A stretch of DNA of 64,000 nucleotides from assembly GCA_963771075.1 (NCBI GenBank), contig CAVYSE010000021.1, positions 1-64,000 of the forward strand. Direction: 5' to 3'. The notes under the pieces are model-generated. The model had not been told where the DNA came from. It saw nothing but the letters and a program-made list of their open reading frames with translations, and made no database searches. Positions 38,089 through 47,951 of this stretch are shown here, in pieces. Origin of the DNA: a candidate division FCPU426 bacterium. Its GTDB lineage: Bacteria > Oederibacteriota > Muellerivitia > Muellerivitales > Muellerivitaceae. A program made the position numbers and the translations under genes. The number at the start of each line of letters is the position of its first letter. The stretch's first letter is position 1.

Positions 38089-40308
38089 TTAGTTTCCAAC
38101 TAAACCCTTCTCAAGCACGCCTTCCGGCACTCCCCTCCGCTTCATGATTAAATGTAATTGATGCCGCAAGATAGGCATTCGTTTGGCTAACTCCCGCAAT
38201 TCGGAAGAAGAAATAACCAGAGTGGATAAATCGGTCAATGCGGTCGCGGTGGCGTTTCGCCTATCGGTGTAGCCCATGGCCACGTTTTCACCGAAAAAAT
38301 CCCCCGCTTTCAGCTCGGTTGCTAACAAGACCTTTCCGTGGTCGTTTTTTTTAGAGATCCCCACGCGCCCAACTGAAATGATAAAAAAATCCTCCGTCTT
38401 GCTGCCCTGCCGGAAGATCACCTCATCCTTCTTGAAAAACTGGTTACGGGCGAGAAGGGATATCTCGTGCTTTGCGGTCGGATCCAAATCCCTAAAGATC
38501 GCGACGGATGAAATCAGCGGGCGCCTTTTCCAAAGACTTTCAAACTGATCTTTCAGCTCATTCTTTTCAACAAAGTCGAGAAAAAGATCCCCCGCCAGTT
38601 GAAAAAGAATAACGGGTGTTTTGGTTACTACCGTCGCATTCGTCTTGGATCGGTTGATGATGGACATCTCCCCGAAAAAGTCCCCGCCTTCCAGGATCGC
38701 CAGCAAGGGATCTTTTTCATTCTCGGGGTCCAAAACCTCTAAAGTTCCCGAGAGGATGAAATAAAACCGATCTCCTTCCCGGCCCTTTTTCACGACTTCA
38801 TAATCCGATGGAAATTCAACCACATTCCCAAGGGAAAGCAGGATATTGAGCCAACTGAGGTCTTTCACATGCAGGAGTTTGAGGGCTTGGATGACCCCGC
38901 TAAAAACCGACTGGGGAAATTGCCGTTCCGGGATAAAGGTCTTTCCCCACCCCGGGCGGGCCACTTGATATTTGGATGTATCCAACTTCGAAGGATTGAT
39001 ATGGTAAAAAAGGAACTCGGTTTCGGGAAAACGGGAGATGGCGGAATCCCAATCCCCGGGCTCCCCATGGATCATGCCCCCTCCCGCATCGATCATGGCC
39101 AGTTCCTCATCCCCCCTCACCAAAGCCTTCATTCGCGCCACATGGTCCGTGCTAACGCATCCCTGAGTTGCCAAGTGGTCCATCCCCTTGAAATGATCAA
39201 GGTCGCTGGAATGCAAAAGCGTGTGATTTTTCCCTTTGTCATCCGGCACGGACACACGAAATCCGATCGTCGGAATGGAATGGATGGTATAAAAGAATTC
39301 CCAAGTCGCCCCGTAAAGGAAATAACTTTTCCCGGGAATGACCTCAACGAAGGGCATCATTTGTCGGACCATCTCGGCCGATTCACCGATAATGTTGGCC
39401 ACTTTCAAAACGGTTGATTCATATATTTCTCGGGTGGAGATCAAATTAAAAGAATGTTCTGAAAGCAAAAGCTCGCTCAAGGCGCAATGATCATCGTGTA
39501 CATGGGTTTGGATCACGGCAGTCAGTCGGTCCTTGGAAACCCCCACCTGTTTGAGATACTTGGAGATTCCGGCGGGCGAATCCACCAGAAAGGCATTCCC
39601 ATGGATCCACATCAAGATTCCGGTCGTCGGCCCCTCCGGGTCAAAACCGGTATAACAGCCTAAAACCTTAAGCCGCAAACCTTGGGGCTTTTCCACTTCG
39701 CCGGATAGATCCAGCAGGGGAGGAAGTTGCTCGCCCTCAAAATTCAGGTCCAATAGGGTTTTCTCTTTTTCCTGGATCACCTCGTATCGGTTCCCCCCCA
39801 AACGCTTGATCAGGAATTGATTTGAATCCGCGAAAATCGGTACGCTGGCCTCTCCATCCTCTTCCGGAAGCTGGACAAATTCGAACACATCATCGACATT
39901 CAGGATCACGCCGTTTCGTTTCAGGGCCAAGCCTTCCGACATCTTGACCAACATTTCCGCCCGGCTCTTGCTGATTCCCCATTTTTTGAGTTCTTCCCGA
40001 CTGGGTCCCAGCAGGGTGATCCGCAGGATCTCGTAAAGCCTTTCACACATGGGTTTGGTCCCCAAAACCCTGAATTTCAGGTTTCGTTGGTATCCCTGCT
40101 CCACGAAAAGGAACCAATAACCCAAAAACTCAAAAGCCATTTGGGAAACACCGTTTCGATGGACGATATCAGGGAGAATACCGACTTGGGGAATTTGCTT
40201 CTTTTTTTTGAGAAGAACCTTCAATATCTCGGGCGGGCTGCCCAAAAGCGCACTTGTGACGGGGCCTTCTAAATGGTAACAACCTGGGGCGAGAGGCGTG
40301 ATTTTCAT
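38089..40308 (-). CDS. Metallo-beta-lactamase-fold protein with two cNMP-binding domains
   Basis: THVHDDH, HSIPT and IHG motifs; two cNMP signatures (GDFFGEMS, GDFFGENV). Confidence 0.85.
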   Translation of the reverse strand: MKITPLAPGCYHLEGPVTSALLGSPPEILKVLLKKKKQIPQVGILPDIVHRNGVSQMAFEFLGYWFLFVEQGYQRNLKFRVLGTKPMCERLYEILRITLLGPSREELKKWGISKSRAEMLVKMSEGLALKRNGVILNVDDVFEFVQLPEEDGEASVPIFADSNQFLIKRLGGNRYEVIQEKEKTLLDLNFEGEQLPPLLDLSGEVEKPQGLRLKVLGCYTGFDPEGPTTGILMWIHGNAFLVDSPAGISKYLKQVGVSKDRLTAVIQTHVHDDHCALSELLLSEHSFNLISTREIYESTVLKVANIIGESAEMVRQMMPFVEVIPGKSYFLYGATWEFFYTIHSIPTIGFRVSVPDDKGKNHTLLHSSDLDHFKGMDHLATQGCVSTDHVARMKALVRGDEELAMIDAGGGMIHGEPGDWDSAISRFPETEFLFYHINPSKLDTSKYQVARPGWGKTFIPERQFPQSVFSGVIQALKLLHVKDLSWLNILLSLGNVVEFPSDYEVVKKGREGDRFYFILSGTLEVLDPENEKDPLLAILEGGDFFGEMSIINRSKTNATVVTKTPVILFQLAGDLFLDFVEKNELKDQFESLWKRRPLISSVAIFRDLDPTAKHEISLLARNQFFKKDEVIFRQGSKTEDFFIISVGRVGISKKNDHGKVLLATELKAGDFFGENVAMGYTDRRNATATALTDLSTLVISSSELRELAKRMPILRHQLHLIMKRRGVPEGVLEKGLVGN

Positions 40309-40598
40309 TGGTTAATCCTCGGCTTTCCTTACTAAGCAGTCGGCACCGTTTTCAGGAAGCTCAATCAAATCGACTCAGCAAGAATTGGATTTACTTCGAT
40401 TTTCAATCGTTTCGAGCGGTCGAAATGTGGGTTCATTATAAAAAACGCATAAAATCAGGTCAATGCAAGGGGCCAGCCCTCCTTCCGCTTCAAGAGTCAA
40501 TCAATTGCGTTTATCCATCAATTTAACTAAAACCCTTATTTTTCTCAAAAAACCCCATTCAATAACATTAGAATGCCTCATTCTTTAAGGAGACTTCC

Positions 40599-42425
40599 TT
40601 GGCGCAACTCGACCCTTTTAGCAAATACCGACCCATTCCCCTCTCCCGCAAACGCCGTACCAAACTACCCTCTTTTCGGACTATCGTTCTATTGGCGCTT
40701 GTCCTCAGCGGGGTGGTCACCTCCAAAACCTACCTTTTAAATCAATACAACTATTTCAAGGGCCTCAAATACTGGAAATCCGGTGATTTGGAACTGTCCC
40801 GAATGGAATTCACGAAGGTTTTGGACCGAAATCCCGGCAACGCCAAGGCCATCGACGGCTTAGGCTTGGTCGAATTGAAGGCGGGCAACCTGGACAAAGC
40901 CAAGGAAAAATACGGCCAGGCCATGGGAACGGGTCTCACTTTCAGCCAAAGGTTTGACCACCTTAAATTCGGCCAAACCTTTATTGATCAAGGTCTATAC
41001 AACCAGGCCGAGTTGGAACTGCAACATGCCCAGGAGCTTCAACCCAATAATCCGGAAATTTATATCGCATTAGGTACATGCCAAAGGGCTTTGGGCGAGG
41101 TTGTCAACGGGGAAAAGGCCTATGAAAAAGCCCTGGCCCTCCAGCCCAAGAACAAAAAAATTCAAGTTCTTCTGGAACAGGCCCGAGAGGAAAAAGACCG
41201 CGGCTCCATCTACTATATATATGATCGCAACGGGGTCCCTCTAGCCCTTCAATGGATTAAAAATGGTGCCAAAGGCTATCCCATGGGCAAGGAGTTCGCC
41301 CACCTCATCGGCTATTACGATCAGGACCCCATCAACAACCGCGGATCGGCCGGTTTGGAACAGATCTACCAAAAGGATTTCCCCGGCAACAAGCTTTATC
41401 TCACCATAGATAGCCGCATCCAGCGCGTCCTTTCCAAGGCCATGGGCTGGGAAAAGGGCGCCATCGTGGTCCTGAACCCGCGCACGGGGGAAATCCTGGG
41501 CTGCGTCTCCCAACCCACCTACACGCCGGAAAAAATCCATAATGAGTGGGGCAATTACAATTGGAACAAAAACACGCCTCTCAAAAACCGGGCCTTTGAA
41601 GGCCTCTACGAACCCGGTTCCATCATCAAAATCGTCAGTTCGGCCGCCGCCGTGGAAAAGAACATCAACCTCAACCTGGTATTTCCCATCTTCTGTAAGG
41701 GTTACGTGAACATCGACGGCCAATTCTTTTACGATTGGCAAAAACACAAGACCGTCCGAAGCCTGGAAGAGGCCTTCGACGATTCCTGCAACGTTTCCTA
41801 CGCCAAACTGGGCTCGGTTCTGGGCGAGGATACCCTTTTCGAGTTCAACAACCGTTTCGGGTTCAACTCCATTCCCAAAACCCTCAGCGTGCCGGTTTCC
41901 ATGGGCTTCTCCCCCCGTTTGGGGCTGACCCATTATGAGCTGGCCGAATCGGCGACCGGCCTGGGAAAATCCTTCCGCATTACGCCCTTGAACGCGGCGC
42001 TGATCGCCTCGGCGATCGCCGATGACGGGGTCATGATGTCGCCCTACCTGGTGAGCAAGCTCACCAACATCAATGGCGCCATCCTGGAAGAAAATAAGCC
42101 GGTCATTTATAAAAACACCATCAGCCGACAGACCGCCCAGTTCCTCACGACCATGATGCTCAACGACGTGGAAAGGGGCATTGGCGTCAAGGCCCGCACC
42201 AAGGGCATCAAGATCGCCGGAAAGACCGGAACTTCCGGTTCCCGGGACCCGAATTTCCATGCCTGGTTCATCTGTTTCGCCCCGGTCGAGAATCCCAAGA
42301 TCGCCATGGCCATCCTGGCGGAAAACGGCGGCACGGGCAAGGATGTGGCGGCCCCCATCGCCCGTAAGGTTTTCGAGGGCATCATGGATTTCGCGGACTT
42401 GACTTCCGATACCGAAAAAAAATAA
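40599..42425 (+). CDS. TPR-fused penicillin-binding transpeptidase
   Basis: N-terminal transmembrane segment, TPR repeats, then SIIK (SxxK), SCN and KTG motifs. Confidence 0.88.
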   Translation: MAQLDPFSKYRPIPLSRKRRTKLPSFRTIVLLALVLSGVVTSKTYLLNQYNYFKGLKYWKSGDLELSRMEFTKVLDRNPGNAKAIDGLGLVELKAGNLDKAKEKYGQAMGTGLTFSQRFDHLKFGQTFIDQGLYNQAELELQHAQELQPNNPEIYIALGTCQRALGEVVNGEKAYEKALALQPKNKKIQVLLEQAREEKDRGSIYYIYDRNGVPLALQWIKNGAKGYPMGKEFAHLIGYYDQDPINNRGSAGLEQIYQKDFPGNKLYLTIDSRIQRVLSKAMGWEKGAIVVLNPRTGEILGCVSQPTYTPEKIHNEWGNYNWNKNTPLKNRAFEGLYEPGSIIKIVSSAAAVEKNINLNLVFPIFCKGYVNIDGQFFYDWQKHKTVRSLEEAFDDSCNVSYAKLGSVLGEDTLFEFNNRFGFNSIPKTLSVPVSMGFSPRLGLTHYELAESATGLGKSFRITPLNAALIASAIADDGVMMSPYLVSKLTNINGAILEENKPVIYKNTISRQTAQFLTTMMLNDVERGIGVKARTKGIKIAGKTGTSGSRDPNFHAWFICFAPVENPKIAMAILAENGGTGKDVAAPIARKVFEGIMDFADLTSDTEKK

Positions 42426-42442
42426 AGGCTTACGGGAATCCA

Positions 42443-42664
42443 ATGGAAATATTGAAGGGGTTCGCCAGCTTTTTAATGGGAACGATCGGCGCCTGGATGA
42501 TGTGGCGCGGCAAAAAAACCATGCAGCCCAAAATGATCCTCTGGGGAGGGATATTGATCGTTCTTTCTTATTGGATCTTTTCCATCGGCGGGAATGACGA
42601 GGTCTCCAAGGAAGCCATCAAATCCATCATTTCCACCACGACCGGCCAATCCCAGCAACCCTAA
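42443..42664 (+). CDS. Small membrane protein
   Basis: 73-aa ORF with two hydrophobic segments, directly after the PBP gene. Confidence 0.6.
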   Translation: MEILKGFASFLMGTIGAWMMWRGKKTMQPKMILWGGILIVLSYWIFSIGGNDEVSKEAIKSIISTTTGQSQQP

Positions 42665-42669
42665 CGATC

Positions 42670-43815
42670 CTAGGCCACTTCCAATTTTTTCGGGTAGGCC
42701 GTCAGGTTCAGGTGGCCCTTCTCGGTGACGACCAGCAGATCCTCAATGCGTACCGCGCCTTGGCCCGGGTAATAGAGTCCCGGCTCCACCGTCACCACTT
42801 CCCCTTTTTTCAATAAATGTTCGGTGGAATTGATGCGAGGAGGCTCATGCACGTCCAAACCGAGTCCATGCCCGGTGCCGTGGAAAAAGCCCATCATGAC
42901 CCCCTTGCGCCGTTCGGTTCTGTAACCGCGGCCTTCCATCTCTTTCGTAATGGCCTGGTGAACATCCCGGCCGTTCACCCCCGGGGCCACCATGGCGATT
43001 CCCTTTTCCTGGGCCGATCGAACCGCCTCATATTGGGCCTTTAAGGCGGGGGAGGCCTTGCCCTTCACGAAGGTTCGCGTGATGTCGGCGTAATAGAGGG
43101 TGGCGCCCGACCTCGGAAAAACATCCACGATCAGCGATTGGTTCGCCCAAACGAGGCCCGTTCCCTCCTGATGGGGATCGCACCCTTGATTCCCGCTGGC
43201 AACGATGGTGTGGCTTCCGACACAGTTGTGTTCCATCATGGAAATATTCAGCACCCGTTTGAGCATTTCCGAGGTCACCCACTCGCCCCGGTAGGTGATC
43301 CTTTTGCCTTTGATTTTCGATTGCTGGAGGACCTTCTCCAATTGGTGGATCGCCCCCTCGGTCACCCGAAGAGATTGGGTGATCATCCGGACTTCTTCCT
43401 TGGATTTGTAAACCCTCTCCTCGAAAAAGGGGTCCGCCTTGCACTCCACCGAAATGCCTTTCTTGCGCAAAGCATCCGCCAGCCCCAGGTTGAAATTTTC
43501 CGGTACCCGGACCCGTGCGATGCCTTTCTTCTTGAGGAAGAAGGAAGTCACCTCGGCCAAGCCGGGCCGGTCTCCCTCTTTCTTGCGGGCCTGCAATTGG
43601 ATATCCGAGTAGGAAAGGACCTCATCCACCTTGGCTTGTTTCTGGGCGCGTCCCAACTCCAGGTCGCTCATCAGGATGATCTTCTTGGACCCAATTTGAA
43701 AATAGGGGAAAGGATCGGGCACCACGAATTGGACGGCGTAATAAAGGTTCGAGTCCGATTCGCTGGCACCATACATCATCAGGGCGGTCGATTTGGTTTT
43801 AGGGGCGAAGGCCAT
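42670..43815 (-). CDS. Xaa-Pro aminopeptidase (M24B)
   Basis: ADITRT, HGTGHGLGLDVHE, EPGLY and RIED motifs. Confidence 0.92.
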   Translation of the reverse strand: MAFAPKTKSTALMMYGASESDSNLYYAVQFVVPDPFPYFQIGSKKIILMSDLELGRAQKQAKVDEVLSYSDIQLQARKKEGDRPGLAEVTSFFLKKKGIARVRVPENFNLGLADALRKKGISVECKADPFFEERVYKSKEEVRMITQSLRVTEGAIHQLEKVLQQSKIKGKRITYRGEWVTSEMLKRVLNISMMEHNCVGSHTIVASGNQGCDPHQEGTGLVWANQSLIVDVFPRSGATLYYADITRTFVKGKASPALKAQYEAVRSAQEKGIAMVAPGVNGRDVHQAITKEMEGRGYRTERRKGVMMGFFHGTGHGLGLDVHEPPRINSTEHLLKKGEVVTVEPGLYYPGQGAVRIEDLLVVTEKGHLNLTAYPKKLEVA

Positions 43816-43888
43816 GGTTTCCTTTTGAATACGGGGTTATGAATTCACCAAATGAAATCTTATTCGGGTCTCCAGGGTGATTCCATTT

Positions 43889-44383
43889 TCAGAAGTAATA
43901 TCTAGCACCCAGCTCGCCATCCAAATTAAAGGAGGTATCCCCACCAGTATTGAACCAGAGAACGGGCACTAACTGAACATAGATGTCCACTGGAACATCC
44001 ACCCGGTCGAAAAGATAAGAAATCCCAACCACGCCGCGGGCCCCCACCGTAACGGTGGTTTGGAGCGACAGATCGCCGCCAAACCCGATATAAAGGGGCA
44101 TCTGCCCTTCCTTGGGATGGATGATGTCGAAATCATGCCAAAGATAATCCAATTGAAGGAGTGTATCGCTATTCCCCAGCTTCACGGCCGGCTGCAAAGC
44201 GTCCACCTTGTCGAGCCAAAGTTTGCCTACCGCTCCCCACGTTCCAGGGTCCCCGAATTCCAGGCCGATTCCAAAGGGGCCTCCTCCCTTAATGGCAGAT
44301 TCATCCGCCCGGCCTAATCCGGTTTGCATCCAGAAAACCAACCCCATTAGCAGGATCACTGACGTACGCAGAATTGAACGCAT
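43889..44383 (-). CDS. Small outer-membrane beta-barrel-like protein
   Basis: Signal peptide, amphipathic strands and C-terminal GARYYF. Confidence 0.7.
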   Translation of the reverse strand: MRSILRTSVILLMGLVFWMQTGLGRADESAIKGGGPFGIGLEFGDPGTWGAVGKLWLDKVDALQPAVKLGNSDTLLQLDYLWHDFDIIHPKEGQMPLYIGFGGDLSLQTTVTVGARGVVGISYLFDRVDVPVDIYVQLVPVLWFNTGGDTSFNLDGELGARYYF

Positions 44384-44480
44384 CTGGCCTTCCCTTTCCC
44401 CAGCTCGTGGATAAAAAGCAAAGAAAATCATAATTTTCGCGAAACGATTAAGCAACGGGCCCGCCGCCGAATTTTTAGGG

Positions 44481-46550
44481 TTATACGGATTTCGGATTCG
44501 AGCCCCAGGGGATCGCTCGAGTCCCGTTCGAAGGAGTCCGGTAGAATCCCGCACCCGCAAACCCCACCAGGGCCAAAAGACTGATAAAAAGCCCCAACCT
44601 GAAGCTCGTTGGTTCATAAGAAAGGCTGACCCGCCTAGCGCCGTTCGACAAAGGAACGCATAAGAAAATTCCATCCGCTTGGTAAATGGCTTGGGGCTTC
44701 CCGTCCACCCAAGACCGCCAGCCCGGCATGGCATTTTGCGTGATCACCCGGTAATCCCCTCCTCCCTCAAAGAATTGGGCGGACAGGGGCGGCTGGGAAG
44801 CTTCCGGGGGCAAGGAAATCGGTACGGGGTCCACGAAAAGCGTCTTCCGAGGATCCATCTCTCCCTTAGCCAAGAGGGTGAATATATTTTTCCTTTCGGC
44901 ATAATTCGTCTTTCCGGTAAAGGTGAAGGAACCTCCCATGGTTCCGGGGTTTTTCCAAAGGGTCCAAGCCTCCTCGCTCCAAACCTTTTCAAAGGGCGGC
45001 GGCATTTGGTCCGAGGTGAGCAGCAGCAGGTCCACCCCCAACAGGTCCATTAATCGGCCCTTGGCATAGGGAAACCCATATTTGAAATAGGCATTCGCGT
45101 CCCAAGAACCCCAGGTCGGCCAGGTTGAACTGTAGATGTTGGCCAAAGGCAAAAAAGAGAAAAGATTGTTGTTGGGAATGAAGTGCTTGAAAAGGGGAGT
45201 TCCCATTCCGTGGGGATCGGGTTGGTAAAGGGCCCGATGTTCCTTTTCATTGGGCAGGACCAAGACCCGCCCCGAACCCAGGTGATCTTTTATTTTCCGG
45301 GTCTCTGTCTCAAGATTGGAATGAGGGGGTGTCAGATTCGTTTCATAGGGATAAAGCCAAATGGGGACGACCAGGAAAACAAGGCTGCATATAAAGCCGA
45401 TCCATTGACTCATCTTTCCTTGTTTTGGAGAAAGGTCCTCCCAAATGAATCCCACCATAAAAATTACAAAAACATTGATCAAAACACAGCTCTTGGCAGG
45501 TTCCAAAAAGGTCGGAATGGGGAAGATCGAGGGAATCGATGTACCCACGAAAAAACCTGTCGCCCAAAGAAGGGTCAAAACAAAGGCGGTCAAAAAAAAT
45601 AGGCTGTTTTGACCCAATCTTTTAAACATCAGAAGTCCGAGCAAAAGGGTCGCCACAGGGGCGGGGCCCGAATAAAGGTTGAAGAAAAAATAGGAGGGTG
45701 AGGCGACGTAATCAGGGGTTGAAGGATTAGCCAAAGCGTTCCAATCAATAAAAGTCTTCAAGTTCTCCAACGGCAGGAAGAAATGGGGGTTGTTGGGTAC
45801 CGCAGGCATGCGGACGGAATGGAGTAAAAAGAATTCAACCGACGGAAGCCATTGGGCCGTGGTCAAGAGAAGCCCAAGGCAAAAAGGCATCACCAACTTC
45901 AGCGCGGAAGCCATTCCTCCAAAGTAAAGGGCGTAGGCGCCGCACCCGGCAAGGGTATAGATCAGGATTTGCGGATATCCCGCCAAGATCTGAAGGGCTA
46001 GGAGCAATGCCCACTTGGTGTTTCCCCAGGGCTTCCCATCCATCACTTCCTTGGTCGCCCAGAACATCCAGGGCATCCAGGCCATGGTGTCCATGGGCGC
46101 ATTGCTCCCCAAATGGTTATATGCGCATGCGTTCAATAGTCCGATGGACGCGCTGAAAAAAGCCCAGAATACCCCTACCTTCGAGGCCCGAAGAAAAGTG
46201 AAGATTCCAACCGAAAAAACAAGCAGGTGAAGAATTCCGGAAATATTCCAGGCGGAAAGGCCCTTCCAAACGAATAGGAGTGTTCCGGGATAAAAGGTTT
46301 CGGTGGCCCAACTGGCAAGCCAGGGCATTCCAAATCCGGAAAGGGGATTCCAAAGGGGAAGTTGCCCCTCCCTCAATGAGGAAAGAACGGACCAACGGAC
46401 CGGCAGGTTCCAAGTATCGTTCTCGGGACAAGCCAAGTGCAGTTCGGGATGAAATAAAAGGGGAAAGTAAGCCAGCAGGGTCAAAATCAGCCAACCGGAA
46501 GCCAAAACCAGATTTATCCGGATTAAACGGGGGGATGATTTCAGGTTCAT
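44481..46550 (-). CDS. YfhO-like membrane glycosyltransferase (GT-C type)
   Basis: GQLPLWNP...GMP, many transmembrane segments and C-terminal PGWRSWVDG. Confidence 0.78.
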   Translation of the reverse strand: MNLKSSPRLIRINLVLASGWLILTLLAYFPLLFHPELHLACPENDTWNLPVRWSVLSSLREGQLPLWNPLSGFGMPWLASWATETFYPGTLLFVWKGLSAWNISGILHLLVFSVGIFTFLRASKVGVFWAFFSASIGLLNACAYNHLGSNAPMDTMAWMPWMFWATKEVMDGKPWGNTKWALLLALQILAGYPQILIYTLAGCGAYALYFGGMASALKLVMPFCLGLLLTTAQWLPSVEFFLLHSVRMPAVPNNPHFFLPLENLKTFIDWNALANPSTPDYVASPSYFFFNLYSGPAPVATLLLGLLMFKRLGQNSLFFLTAFVLTLLWATGFFVGTSIPSIFPIPTFLEPAKSCVLINVFVIFMVGFIWEDLSPKQGKMSQWIGFICSLVFLVVPIWLYPYETNLTPPHSNLETETRKIKDHLGSGRVLVLPNEKEHRALYQPDPHGMGTPLFKHFIPNNNLFSFLPLANIYSSTWPTWGSWDANAYFKYGFPYAKGRLMDLLGVDLLLLTSDQMPPPFEKVWSEEAWTLWKNPGTMGGSFTFTGKTNYAERKNIFTLLAKGEMDPRKTLFVDPVPISLPPEASQPPLSAQFFEGGGDYRVITQNAMPGWRSWVDGKPQAIYQADGIFLCVPLSNGARRVSLSYEPTSFRLGLFISLLALVGFAGAGFYRTPSNGTRAIPWGSNPKSV

Positions 46551-46718
46551 TTAAACCATATTAAGGGTTTCTAAAAAAATCACAAATCTTTCGCCCCGGG
46601 CCCCGAGGGGCCCCAGAGAACAGGGTTAATATCTTTAAGGGTCCTCAAACCACAATATTTCATTGTTTTTCACCTTGCCTCTGTGCGTTGCCATAGGCGG
46701 CCCGGGGTGATCTCTTTT

Positions 46719-47207
46719 TTACACACTTTCTCGCAATTGGCGCAACCGGCCCCGTCGTTTCAGTTCTTCCCGCAAATCCCTGATCTTTCCCGTCAATTTC
46801 TCATGGGGAATTTCCAGCAGGTTTCCCTCAATCTCCAGGTTCGCGGGCGATTCGAACTGATCGGTTTGAGAATCCACGAAAAGAACTTCCGGAACCTCCA
46901 ACCCCTCCCGGTACTCATCCCCGATTTCGGCGAAATAAGCCGTCTTGTCCAATATCTTCGGGAACCGGTAAACGAGCGCGCCCAGGTTTTTCCCTCCCTC
47001 CACCACCAAATGGATGAAATGCACGTCCGACATGGCGTCTTCCAGGGCCAGTTTGTCCTCGGGAAAGTAAGCGGCCACGAACTGGATAAGCCAGGCGAAT
47101 TGGTGTTCTAAAAAAGCTTTTTGTTGTGCCTGGATCTGCTCGATCTGCTCCTGCATTTCCTTTTCCGACATCGGGTTTTCGGAAGGTTCCAGGGGTGATT
47201 CCGGCAT
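46719..47207 (-). CDS. Hypothetical protein
   Basis: 162-aa ORF with AAGGA RBS, co-oriented with neighbours. Confidence 0.6.
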   Translation of the reverse strand: MPESPLEPSENPMSEKEMQEQIEQIQAQQKAFLEHQFAWLIQFVAAYFPEDKLALEDAMSDVHFIHLVVEGGKNLGALVYRFPKILDKTAYFAEIGDEYREGLEVPEVLFVDSQTDQFESPANLEIEGNLLEIPHEKLTGKIRDLREELKRRGRLRQLRESV

Positions 47208-47374
47208 AAGTTTCCTTTCTTTACGTCGCTATTCACTTCAAAACAACAAGGAAGATTCATTTTCGGGCCCAACACCGAACCAAGATCAAACCACCTCATC
47301 GTCTTATGTTTTAACCGGATGGGCGTCTTTGCTTTCTTCACGTCATCCTGGTAAATCCCGTGTCCTATCCGAAG

Positions 47375-47935
47375 TCACGTAATCAACGGGAAAATTTCAA
47401 CGTTGGTATAGATCGATCCCCGGGGGGTTAACTTGCTCTCGATGAGCTTGATTTCCTTCACTACAAAACTTCCCAGGGAGGCGGGGGCGGCTTTTTGGAC
47501 CCTTTCCCACCCCGTCGGATCGGCGCCTTCTTCCCTCACCCGTCCCAGGGTGACATGAGGACTGAACTTTCGGTTTTCCCTGGGAAAGCCCGCCTTCTCC
47601 AGGGGTCCTGCCATCTTCTCGAACAGGTCCACCACCTCATCCCGGCCCTGGAGGACATTCATGAATAACGCGTTGGGCTTTTTCATGTTGGGAAAGGCTC
47701 CCAGTCCGCCCATTTCCAATTCGAACGAGCAATAACCTTGGATCCCCATCTTCAAGGCGGCGGTCAAATTCGTCATTTGTTCCGGCTTGGTTTCCCCCAG
47801 GAAAACCAGGGTCAAGTGAAGCTTCTTCGAGTCCACCCACTTGACCGGCAAATCAAAACCCTGGGCGACCGCCAAAAAACCCTTGATGTTTTCAGCGGGA
47901 GTTCCTTCGATCTCAATGGCCGTAAAAAGTCTCAT
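47375..47935 (-). CDS. thpR: RNA 2',3'-cyclic phosphodiesterase
   Basis: MRLFTAI plus two HxT motifs (HLTL, HVTL). Confidence 0.92.
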   Translation of the reverse strand: MRLFTAIEIEGTPAENIKGFLAVAQGFDLPVKWVDSKKLHLTLVFLGETKPEQMTNLTAALKMGIQGYCSFELEMGGLGAFPNMKKPNALFMNVLQGRDEVVDLFEKMAGPLEKAGFPRENRKFSPHVTLGRVREEGADPTGWERVQKAAPASLGSFVVKEIKLIESKLTPRGSIYTNVEIFPLIT

Positions 47936-47951
47936 GTCTTGGCTCGAATCA

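Noticed and set aside
41241..42443. 400-aa minus-strand ORF and similar long antisense ORFs in GC-rich genes (for example 61817-62920)
   Set aside because: They fully overlap well-supported genes on the opposite strand.
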